64,000 nucleotides of DNA from Azolla caroliniana. Lineage: Eukaryota; Plantae; Polypodiophyta. Below are positions 12,512 through 23,870 of the stretch, in pieces; position 1 is the first letter of the stretch, and the number at the start of each line of letters is the position of its first letter. The position numbers and the translations under genes were made by a program. The DNA lies in NCBI GenBank assembly GCA_043228905.1, contig JBHGNT010000022.1, positions 5,828,001 to 5,892,000 on the forward strand, given 5' to 3'. The notes beneath the pieces are model-generated. The model made no database searches, had not been told where the DNA came from, and saw only the letters and a list, made by a program, of their open reading frames with translations.

Positions 12512-12599
12512 CATGGCACGCCTGTGGGACAGTACCTGGTACGTCGAACCCATTATCCGGCCCTTTTATGCTTCATCCAAAATGTCCAGAATGCTTTGT

Positions 12600-15597
12600 T
12601 CCAAAATTTCCAATGGCTCGTCAGGAATCTGTTGTTGTTGTTGTGGCTGCTGTTCCTTTTGTGGCTGTGGCTGCTCCGTTTGTGCTTTCTCCGTTTGGGG
12701 CTGCGGCTCCGTTTATTGCCCTGGCACCGGCGTTTCCTTCGTTGGTTCCTCCGTCGGAGTTGTTTCTGGCTGACTGACCCTGGCCTAGTCCCCGTTTGGT
12801 CCTAGTACCGGCGACGGTTTCTCATCACTAAGGTTGACCGTTGCCGCCTTTCTTGCTTTTTCTTCCCGAAGCTAGGACCACTCATAGCTCTCAAACTGGA
12901 TTTGAGCCTCCAGCCGATCGTCATCCAGTTGAGCTACGAGCTGTCAGACCTGCACCAATTGTTCATCCGCCAGGGCTGTGAAATCTTTAGCCAACTCATC
13001 CCTTATGGCGGTGAAGTCCTCCGATGTCAGCATATAACAATCATCACCCTCCTTCCGCCGGTTTTCCACGTCCGCCCTGAGCAATTGGAGTTCCGCCGTA
13101 TTCTGCGCCCATTTCGTCCACCAACGCAAAGAGCTATCGTCAATCAAGCTTTTGGTCTTAGTGAGCCATGATCGGAGGATGCACTGGATCCGTTCGGCTC
13201 CCATCCATGATTTATTTTCTACGGCTTGTCGCTCCTCTTTCAATTGCTTGATGATTCGGACCTTGTCCGCCTCCTGCTCCCTATAATGCAACAATTCATT
13301 TTGATAGGTTGTTTGCAACCTCTGTAATACCATTGTCGCTCTTTCCTTGTCTTCATGGTTATGTTTGTGGAACTCCATCCGGTCATTTGCCGCTTCCTCC
13401 AATAGCTTGGAATTCTCAGCTCGTTCTTCGGCGAGTGCCGCTGTCACCCTATCAACTTCTTGCCGGAGCTCGGCCATCCGTTCCTGCTGTTGCTTATACT
13501 CCGTCTCTAGCTACTTGTAGTCCCGATGCAGATGATCAAAATCATCGGTCTTCTGCTTCAGCCTCTAGTTGATCTGCCGGCACTCGTGGTCCTCCCAGTC
13601 CTTCTGTTCACGGAGTTCCTCCTTCAACCTCTCGATTTCTGTCTCCGCCATCCGTCGCAGCTTGTCTTTTTCCTCCTTTAGCCAATCATACGCATGATGT
13701 CCTTTACGCAGGTTTTCCTCTGCCCGGCGGGGGTTCTCAACAGTCTTTTTTAATTCTTCTTCGGCCGCCTTCTTCAAGTCGCGTTCGCGGCTCCGTAATG
13801 CTTCTTGTGCGGAAAGTTCATCTCATAATTCCGCAAGCTCTTGGGCTTGCGTCGCATCTTTCTCCGGGATAGTTTGTGTCTTCGGGGTCTTATTCCTTTG
13901 TACATCAATCGGAGCCACCGGTGCTTGGATCTGCGTTACGGTTAAGGCCATTTTGGCCATGTCTTCGGTAATCCAATCCAAGTCTTGTTCGAGGCACCGG
14001 ATCCTTGACCGGGCCGTCTCCAGTTCATCGGTTGTGACGAGCAACCGTTCCGTTTGCGCTCTTTCTTCCGCCTCTATGCATCCGAGTACTCCAACAATTT
14101 GTTCTCCTATCCACCGGAGCCATTGGCTGCCGGTGCACTGTTGTTGCGCTTGCACGGAGGGTTGGCTGATGGGTTCACTCGCCGGTGGCTGGTCCCGCCT
14201 TACTGCGTCGAGTTGCACTCCAGGTTCTGCCAGCTAACCACTTTGTCGTTCCGGCTCTGACTGTGTTTCGGCTAGCCACCCCTTGTCTGCTTGTTCTTGG
14301 CCGGCTGGGAAGGTTGGACTTTGTATATCCGGCTCTTGAGTTACGGGGCTTGCCGGTGCTGCCTGTTGTGTAGGGACTTCTGTGATCGGTTCCATCCGAA
14401 CCGGTTCCGGTGCCTCCCTTAGCGTGGGATGCTCAGTGTGAGTTGCGGGCGTTCCATCCTTCTGTAGGTCCGAATGCTTCCCGGCTGATTGAGCGGTGCT
14501 CTTCACCGGCCGCCGCTAGAGGTGCTCCATGGGTTCTTCCTCCATTTCCTCCGCCTGAGTCCTAGCATTCATTCTTGCCGCCAGGGTGTCCGTTTCTTGC
14601 TGCACCGGTTGGTGGAGTGGGCTCTTCAGGGCCCGTGCCGGTGTCTCCTCATGTGTGTCCGTCAGCCGCTTCCGGCTGGCGCGCTCCTTTGCCGCCTTTT
14701 CTGCGTCAGCCGTCTTCCCCTCAGTGGCCTTGGAGGCCAACAACTGTTGACATTTCGAAGCAGGTTTCGGGGTGCCGTCCGTTGCTCTTCCCCGCTTCTT
14801 GGTCTGGACGGGCTCGACCGGCGGCACCAATAGGGTGAGCCATTGCGTCACCGCATGCCATATTTTCCGGCCTTCCTTGCCGTCCTTTCCTCTACTATAT
14901 CAATAGCCGTACACAACCCGTCGGCGATAAGCACCGGCCAATCCACCTTGACCCCTTCGTATGTTGCGATGATCAAGCCTGCTCGGTTCTGAGGCATGAC
15001 GGGGGGTTGAGGGTACACGTGGCCAAACTCATGGAGCACATGGGCAATTTCGCAGAATAGCATATCTTCGCCGCCCTGTGTCCTATAGCCCTTGCTGGCG
15101 AGAGAGTACCCACCGAAATATTTGATGATTTGCTCGGAGGTAGGATTGTCGATCGTGTAGATGCCTCCCTCTGGAAGGCCTATTAATGCACGGATCGCCT
15201 CCTCCGTGATCACCTTTGTTTCGATTTCTTTGATAATCTTTTCGGCCTCCTTGTGTGGCGCCACCTCCATGATCGTTAAGAAACCCTCCAGTCCGTGCTG
15301 CCGTAGCCATTTCTTGGCGGCTTCAGACAGCGTTTGGCAGTCCATCTCTGCATCGAGGTCGGAGAGCGTTGGTGAGGTTTGGTGGTCGGGAGAGTGTGAG
15401 AGAGAAAGTTCTGAGGGAGGGGGTTCTCTGTTTGCGAGCTCTCTGCGATTGATCTTCACGCGTCTGTCTACGTCTGTTCTCCTTGGTTCGCGATAGGAGA
15501 AGGTCTCGATGCGTGGGGGTTTTTCTCTCTGCATCTTGGCGCCTTTTTCGAGCCTACGCATGTGCAGGTCGTGTACTATAATAGCATTGCGTGCCAT
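12600..15597 (-). pseudogene. Extra ORF of Gypsy C between integrase and the 3' LTR (globular N-terminal part, Pro/Thr linker, long coiled coil), broken by stops
   Basis: Consecutive same-strand ORFs 14848-15597, 14516-14851, 14234-14506, 13823-14218, 13565-13777 and 12944-13477, the last two E/K/R/L-rich. A homolog of GLIIATYEG..DW occurs near 36095-36200. Confidence 0.7.
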
Positions 15598-15899
15598 GTG
15601 GCCCCTTGTACCTTTTCAACGTGCCTCTTTACTCCTCGTTTGCATGGCCGTTTCCAGCACTCCTTTTCATGATTTATTTGATTCCATTCTTTTTTCTTTT
15701 TCTTTTTTGAAAGTTCATTGTGTGGTTACTTTTTCTCCGGTCCCCTTACCCAAATCGCGCACCTTGCCGGCCTCTTGACGGTTTGCCGTCGTTATGCATT
15801 CCCCGGTTGCCGGCTCGTGCTCCCCCTTACTGGCTGCAGGCGTTTTCCTCACGGGTATCCGTCATGGTTGCCCTGCCGGCGTCTGATTCGGTGGCGTTC

Positions 15900-18800
15900 C
15901 TTCGTTCAAATGGGTTCTTTGGCATATAGGTCCTTTGTATGGCTTTAGTCTAAATCCGTTGACCCATTTACCCTGCACTTCGCCAGCAGGTGTCCCTAAC
16001 TGGTAGGATCCATTGAACTCGTGTGTGATCCAGTACGGTCCGGTTCATCTAAACCATAGTTTGCCTGGCATTTTACCCATCCGGGTCTGGAACACTAGTA
16101 CCGACTTGCCGATTTCGAACATTTTCTCGTTTCCCTTCCGGTGCCGATCTACAATTGCTTTCCGTCACCGTTGTTCCGATTCCAGGTGCATGATGCTCGC
16201 CAGTCGGTGTTCTTCTAGTTAACACAGAGCCTTTAACCGAATTGCCTCTGATTCCTTTTCATTGAGTCGTTCCCGAATCTGAATCCGTAAGCTCGGTACC
16301 TGGAATTCGACCGGCATGACTGCCTCTAATCCGAATGCTAACCGGAACGGCGTTGTTTGGATGCTTGTTTTGTACGCTGTCCGGTAAGCCCAGAGTGCAC
16401 TATGCAGCTTCGTGTCCCAATTTGTCGGATTCTCATTGACGATCTTGCGCAGGATATTCTGTAACGTTTTGTTTGTTGACTCCGCTAATCTGTTGGCTTG
16501 TGGGTAGTAGGGGGTGCTCCGTCTATGAAATACCGCATTGAATGATGTCAAGCTCTCCACTACTTGTCCAAGAAAGTGCCCTCCTTGGTCGCTTATCAGC
16601 TCTATGGGGCATCCGTACCGGCACCAAATGCATTCATATAAGAATTTTGCCGTTGACGCCGCGGTGTTATTTCATAAGGCTTTGGCTTCCACCCATTTAG
16701 TGTCGTAGTCCGTCGCAACGATCACATACCGGTTGCCAGTTCTCATTGCCGGTGGTTTAAATGGTCCGACAAAATCCAATCCCCATTTCTGAAATGGTTC
16801 TAGCGGTAGTACTGGCTTGTTCCATTGGCTAGCCCATTTGCTGGCATAGATCACACTCTTTCGCATACCGGACTGCGTCCTTCAATGTAGTCGGCCACCA
16901 TAGGCCACTTTGCCATATCTTCCTAACCGTATAGCATCCCCGGCATAATGGCCTCCGGCGACTCCGCAATGTGCTTCCCGTAGTATTACCTCTTTCTCGT
17001 CGCTGCGCACCGCTCGTCGCCATATACCGTCTGCACCTTTGTGGTATAGCGTGTTCTGTAATAAACAGAAGTGCCGGCTTGTACCGCCAGGCGCGTCCTC
17101 TCGTCCCGGTTCATCTCCTTCGGAGGCAATCCAGTACTCAGAAATTGGTGTATATTCGTTAGCCACTTATCTTCTGGTGCCACCGTTTCATCTGTTGCTG
17201 TTTCCGCAGTGACTCGAAATAGCTCAGCATTCGGAAACTCGTCTGGTACTCCGTCGTCGGTTTCGCCGGAATCTAACCAGCTTAAATAATCTGCTACCGC
17301 ATGCTTTATGCCGGGTCGGTGGAATATCTCGAATTCTAACTCCTGCAATAGCAAAGTCCACCAGGCCAACTTACCGGTAAGTGACGCTTTGGACACTAGG
17401 TAGAGGAGTGCCGAGTGATCTACATGGAAGGAAAACTTTCTTCCCAACAAATAGTGCCTAAATTTTGTTACGCTGTAGACCATGCCTAAAGCTTCCCTTT
17501 CCGTGGTGGAGTAATTTCGTTCGGCTTGGGATAACTTCCGACTTGCGTAATATACGGGCCGGTACAATCTTGGCTCTATAAGTTGCATCAGCCCACTCCC
17601 GATTGCAATGTCGGACGCATCCACGAACACATGAAATTCCTTCACCCAATCCGGGGGTTGCACTACTGGCGCTTGCGACAATAGAACTTTGAGTGCCCGG
17701 TACGCCTTATCTTCGGTGTCGGTCCACTGGAACGGTGTTTGGTGTACCGCAGCATGCAGTTGTGTAGCTAGGTCCGCCAAATACCGGAGCATTCGGCTAT
17801 GCCAACGGATTTGTCCTAAGAAACCGCTCAATGCCTTTGCCGTTTTTGGTGCTGGTGCCTCCTGGATCACTTTTACTTTGTCTAGATCCATGGCAATGCC
17901 TTTCTTGCTCACAATATGCCCTAGTAGCGTTCCGCTGGACACTCCAACTACACACTTCGCCGGATTCAGGCTTAACCGGTATGCCCTACACTTCTCTAGA
18001 CATAGTCTGAGGTGCTACAAATGATCTTCTTCTTGGCTATAGACAGCGAAGTCGTCAAGGAACACCTGCATAAAAGTTGGTATGTATTCGCCAAAGATCT
18101 CCATGATGATCCGTTGGAATGTTGCCGGTGTCGTTTTTAGTCCGAACATCATCACCACGGCAACAAACACTCCCCATTCGTTACGAAAGCCATTTTCTCT
18201 TGATCATCAGGGTGCATCCGGATCTGATTATACCCGCTGAATCTGTCTAAGAAACTGTAGACTTCATGGCCGACGACGGCATCCAAAACTCCATCTGTAA
18301 ACGGAAGTGGAAATGCATCCGTTATCGTTGCCGCATTGAGCTTCCGGTAGTCAACACAAACTCTAATTTTGCCGTTCTTCTTCGATACGACTACGATCGG
18401 GCTCAGCCATGTAGATTTCTTTACAGGACGGATGAAGCCAACCCTCAGCAATTTGTCGATTTCCTCCTTGACTTTGGCGGCGTAGTTTGGATTCATCCGG
18501 TACCGACGCTGTGCTACCGGCTTGGCGTCTTTGCTCAGATGTATCTGGTGTTGATACAACTGAGGATCTAGCCCTCTCATATCCTCATAAGAACAAGCAA
18601 ATACGTCGCGAAACTCGTTGAGGAGTGTAATTATCGCCGTTTTGTTCTCTGCATTCATTTCTTTGGCGATGTGCACCAGTTTTGCCTCCGTCGTTCCTAG
18701 ATTTACCTCTTCTAATTGAGACGCTTTTACGTGCTGTTGATCTTCGGGTTCTCCAGCAAGTATTGATCTTCTTCTTTGTCTGCTAATCCTTCGAGCATAT

Positions 18801-19135
18801 TGACGCACTCCGCATATAACGGTGTCAGATCCTTGCCGGTGCCCTTCCTTGGTTGTGTTGGTACCCGTACCTTCGCTTTTCCCCGCCGGAACGTAATCAT
18901 ATTCCTCCTCCAGTTCTGCTTGATGTGTGTCTTCTTTAACCAAGGGCGTCCCAACAATAATGGGTACGCTCCTTGAGCCTGCAACTAGAGAACTATAGCT
19001 GAGATTCGGAATGTGTGGGCCCCAATGGTTACTTCTAAGTTCCGTATTAATCCTGTCGGTCACACCGAGCTTGTGTCCGCCATTCGGAGCCAGAACAGAC
19101 ATGGCTCCCACTCTTGGATTCCAAGAGCCTCGCAC
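15900..19135 (-). pseudogene. Gypsy C pol (RT, RNase H, integrase)
   Basis: RVCVDYRKLN and FLDRFSGYNQI (RT); VDASDIAIG and ERNYSTTEREAL (RNase H); KWGLDFVGP and STPYYPQAN (integrase). Confidence 0.93.
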
Positions 19136-21573
19136 GTCCGGAGGCTTATTACATTAACGCCGGAGCCTCCGTCTATTATCGTGTCGGGGAGTTCTTTCCC
19201 TTTCACAATGGCCGTAATTGTCGGACTGTTGGTGTCCACCACCGTCGGTCCTTCCTCCGGATTTGAGAAGAATGCCGGAGCCGGTGGTGTGCCGCCTGTC
19301 TTCATGCCAGGGTTGAGTCCGTTTGTGAATCTTGGTACTAGCTGCAAGAGTCGTCCTAATGGCAACGTGATGTGGCATTCCTGCAATGCCTGCGATGTCC
19401 CGTTTTCGGACTGATTGCCGCCGGCGAGCTCTTCAGTGTTCTCCTTTTGTTGCGCAAGTTCTGCTACACTTCGCTCATTTGCCTTTTTCACCCATTCCGT
19501 TGCCTGTTTCTGGATGGCCTCTTGTATCTCCCATTCCGTCGTCTTCCCCTTCGACCTTGTGGTGACTTGCTGTAGGTCTACGACTTTGGCGACTACCATG
19601 TTTACTGTCGGTCGCTTATCATAGCTCTTTGCCGGACATTGATTACTATAATGTCCTTCTTGCCGACAATAATAGCAATATGCTTTCTGGGTATTGCTGG
19701 ATTCAGCATTGTTTCCTATACCCGGTGGAGGACCTGTGGTAACCGCGGGGCTCTGGTCCAATTGGCTGCTTGAGGCGCCTTTTTCCGGTCCACGTGGGTG
19801 GCTCCCGTTTTTGAAATGCCGTTTTTTATTAAAGTTCTTTTTGTTGCAGTACCCTTGCCGGGATTGGTCATCATATCTCCCGTAATCTTCCCGTCGTTGG
19901 TGATACCCGAGGGAGTGATCCTGGTTGTGATGCTCGTACCGCCCATTGTAATCTCGGTACTTGTCATATCTCTTGTACCGGTCATAGTTTTCTCGCCAAT
20001 CGTCGTACCGGACATCCTGTGCTGGTCGATATCGCTCCTCTCGCCGCCATCGTACGTCTTCTTCATCTCGACTGCTACGTGGCTCGATTTTCTGGACTGG
20101 TGGTGCTTGCCGATTCAATAAGTTATATTCACACTGGTCCATCGTGTGGCTTGTAGATTGGTAGAGTAAGCAATGCGTCCGCATGGTGCACTCCAGTGAC
20201 GAGTGTCCGGAATTCAAGCAGGTCGTGTATTGGATTGCTTGCCGGAAACGGGGATCTTCATCGGTTGGTAATGCTCGTTGGAGGGATCCCATTGTTAGCC
20301 AAGAGCTCGTTTTCTCCATTTCTCTAACCCGGTCGATGACCTGGTCGACGGTGCTTGTGCGAAAGTCGATGACCGTGCATACCGTTCGTAGAGGTTCCCG
20401 GAGCGCGGCTAAGAATATAGCCCGTGTTTCTTCCTCCGGAGGTGCGCGGGTAAGCTGATTGTGCATCCGTTGAAACCGGATGACAAACTGCGGAATGCTC
20501 TCCCCGGGGTCCTATCGGATGGTATAAAATAGGCCCACCATTTCTCTCTGGTCCACCTCCTTCTGAAAGAAGTGCAAGAATTTATCTTTCAGGTCCGCAA
20601 AGGTTGTGATGGTGTTGCGATCCTGTGTCCGATGCCATCTGGCGGCCGGTCCTTCCAATGTCATGCCGAATTCGGCTATCTTAGATCCTTCCTCTTCTGC
20701 CGCGGTTAACCGTTGTGACACATGGTTCGCCTCCCATGTTTGTTGAAACGCGTGAACATGAGCCTCCGCGTCCGGATCCTCCCTATACTTGGAGTACTGG
20801 AACGGCATGTCGTCGTCTGGTGTCGATACGTGGGCTGGTGGTGTCTGTGGTCTTTCCTGGTGTTCCGTCGGCGTCAGAGGTCTTTGCGGGTCTTCCTTTG
20901 CTGTTTCTGGCTCGACTTCCGGTTTTGGAGGTTTTTGCCGGTCTTTTTCCGTCTCCGGAGGTTGCTCCATGTCTAGTGCTGGAGGTTCCCGGTCTGCCAA
21001 CTCTGGTTCCGGTGTCGGTAATGTATCTGAATCCTCGTCCTCCGGTTCTCCTGGGGTGTCATTACTACTGCGATAGTTCGTGTGCGCACTATAACCCCCT
21101 TCCGAATCTGATTCCAGTGCTGAAAATGCTTCGTATTCGCCGTCTCTTCCGGCCAAGGCCTGGAGAAGGGTTTCCGCTTCCTAGAGATTGCTTAAGCTGC
21201 TTCCTTCGTCCGGGTAGGTGTTTTGTTGCAAACGAAGCGACTCCTCCGCCACTTTTCGGATCACTTTGGAAAATGATCGATCTGTTCGGATTTCTTCTAC
21301 TGCTTGCTGGAAAGCCTCTCACCACCTTCTCCGTTCAGCAAGTCTTCGTGCTCTCTCCGTAACCGGGTCGTCTGTTGGCCTAGTCATCCATTCCTGCCGT
21401 TGTTCACTACGATTGTGCAGGAATCGTGGTTTTAGGGTTAGGGTTAATGATAATGATAAGAATAGGGCTAGCAATGATGGTAGATTGATAATGAAGATAG
21501 ACATAATGTAATGGTAAAAATGATGATGAGTATGAGATTGATGGCGAGAGAGATCATGTGCATTGAGAAGCAT
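19060..21573 (-). pseudogene. Gypsy C gag-protease
   Basis: ORF 21319-21573 is in frame with 20512-21156 across two stops. ORF 19060-20466 holds zinc knuckles and the protease motif IIDGGSGVN. Confidence 0.85.
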
Positions 21574-21661
21574 TGCGGGGTGGGGGGTGGTGCCTAGAAT
21601 GGCTCCACCCCCCTCCCAAGGGGATTCAACGTTGAGTTGGAGAGAGAGAGAAAGAGAGATG

Positions 21662-21696
<35 letters not shown>

Positions 21697-23386
21697 TGAT
21701 TATATGTTTCATTCATTCCCCATAAAGGGGTTAAATAGTACAAGAGGGGGTAGATACAAAGGGGTGTAAGCCCCCTAGAGCATTCATACTGGACACTCAC
21801 TCACACCTCCTCGTATCCATCCACATGCACACACGTGTGCATGTGTTCACATATGTATCGACTCACAATTACATTTATGCCCCCTACACACACACAACAA
21901 TCATCATGATAACATTTGACCCTCGCTCATCACATTGACTCTCCGTACATCTCATACGGGGTAACACAATATGGCACGCCCGTGGGAAAGTGCCTTGCAC
22001 GTCGATCCCACATGCCTTGATGATGATATTTCTTCGACCAGAACTTCCATCGGTCCTTTCAACGATCGACTCCCTCGATCGGAATGCTTGACTCGAACAT
22101 CTTTGTCGGTCAACAAATCGTCCGTGACACAAACATTCTTGTTCTGTTGGCTTACGAACTTCGTCATGGGTCCAAAATCATGTCGTATGTATGTGTGTTC
22201 TTCCTTTGTTTTGAGTGTGTGTGAGTAGTCTTGGGGATTTTCAAAATTTTGGTGGTGCCCTCTTGTTTTTTAAAATTTTGATATGTACCCTCGAGGTTTC
22301 ACAATTTCATTCAGCACCCTCAGGGTTTCAATATTTGTTACATGCCCCCCCCTTTTTTTTTTCTTCTTTTTCCCTCTATTTTTAATTTTATTCTAGGTTT
22401 TTCTCTTTATTTCTTCTTCTTGCTCTTGTATCTCTGTCTCTCTCGTGCTCGTGTTTGTCTCTCTATGCCTTTCTCTTCTTCAATTTTCTGCTTTCTCTTC
22501 TTCTTTCTCTCTTATACCACTACTGCCTCTTTTTCCTTTTTCTTTCCTCTTCCTGTGTGCTTTCGTTCTTGTCTTCATCTTTTTGTTTTGACGTATCCCG
22601 TCGGCCTCCTGTCAGGTCTCCTCCTGTGATGGTTGTCGGCTCTGTCGACGGTGTTTGTCTCTCTATGCATACTGGAAATTGATCCAGCCACTATCCAGTG
22701 GTTGCCGCTCTGCCACTGCCGTTGTACCACCGCCGCTCCATCCGATCACTGTCTCTATCTGACCCGATGGCTGCTGGTCGGCCACCAGTCTAGCCGTTTG
22801 GTATGTGGCCACCGCCGTCCGATCGTCGTCCCGACTCCATCACCGTTCCGATTGTTCAGCCCATTGCAGTCGTTGTTTGGCAGTTCTTTGTCCAACCCAT
22901 CTGGCCACTTCTGTTCCGGTGACGGTCAGCCACTACGACCACTCTTTGGTCGCTCTCCGGCCTCTCCTCTGTCGATGTCACTGGTCTAGCCATCGATCTT
23001 TCTTAGTACGGCTCGTTCCAGTCGGGTTCGGTTGTTGTCCAACTGCTCCCATCTATGTTCATTTCCCGCACACGCACATTGCTAGTTCTCGTACACTCGC
23101 ACATCCGTATCGTCGTGTCTCATTTTGTGATTTACGCTAGCACATTGTGATCACCATTTACCGCACATCGTCGATCCGATTTCTTGTACATTCCTTCACT
23201 GCGTCCCTTCATTGATTTCTTTGCGGACATCGTCATCGCATATCATGCTTCAACTTCGTCTTGCACTTTGCCACCATCATTTGTCGCTAACCACACACTC
23301 GCACATCGTCATCGTTTCTAACCGCTTAGTCACTATGTCTTGCATCAAGGCATATCATCCTTTGACTCCGTCTCCAAAGGGTGTCG

Positions 23387-23401
23387 CCATCGTGGTTGCC
23401 A
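23387..23401 (-). promoter_or_regulatory. Putative degenerate PBS of Gypsy C (tRNA-Arg-like)
   Basis: Minus strand TGGCAACCACGATGG, 7 nt inside the 5' LTR end. Resembles the complement of tRNA-Arg(UCG) 3' end as recalled, with mismatches. Confidence 0.45.
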
Positions 23402-23408
23402 AAAACTG

Positions 23409-23870
23409 TGTTATATCCTAGGGCCGGACAACAGCCTAACATAGGGTGTCAACTCAAGACACTTCACCAAAGGGTGTTACGGCAAGATGACTTATGGCAC
23501 AACGCTTAATTAGACCTTAATCGATTACTTAGCAACACATCATTAACACACGTAAGATATAACAATGAGTACAAAACGGTAATCAATGCTGAAAGATTAA
23601 AGCAATAAGTTCTATTAATTATCCGCTCTCGATCACATTGTAACCGGGCCTTTATATAGGTCTCCAGTGCGAAATACAAAACGGTGCCAACCGGCACCTT
23701 TTCGGGATCGGTCCGGATCCAGATCGGCATACCGATTCCAGTCTGTCTGTCCACATCTTCTCATATATTACTATATATTTTAAGACTACTAATTACAATA
23801 GTTCCCAAATAAACTATTCCTTTCACACTCTGGTTTGGACCTCCTTAAGCCTTCTTGCCAACCAGTAACA
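23409..23870 (-). repeat. 5' LTR of Gypsy C
   Basis: Direct repeat of 12051-12511, followed by TSD CGCTT. Confidence 0.95.

Larger units (their letters stand above)
12051..23870 (-). mobile_element. Non-chromovirus Ty3/Gypsy element C (Athila/Phygy/Selgy-like) with intact boundaries
   Basis: Highly similar LTRs 12051-12511 and 23409-23870. TSD CGCTT at 12046-12050 and 23871-23875. gag-PR-RT-RH-INT on the minus strand. LTR TATA CCTATATAAAGG reads on minus. Confidence 0.95.

Noticed and set aside
12600-15597. True retroviral envelope gene
   Set aside because: No evident signal peptide, transmembrane anchor or fusion motif. Kept only as an extra ORF.
21431-21445. Telomere-like TTTAGGGTTAGGGTT
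   Set aside because: Only two units, within the gag 5' coding region. Not an interstitial telomere array.
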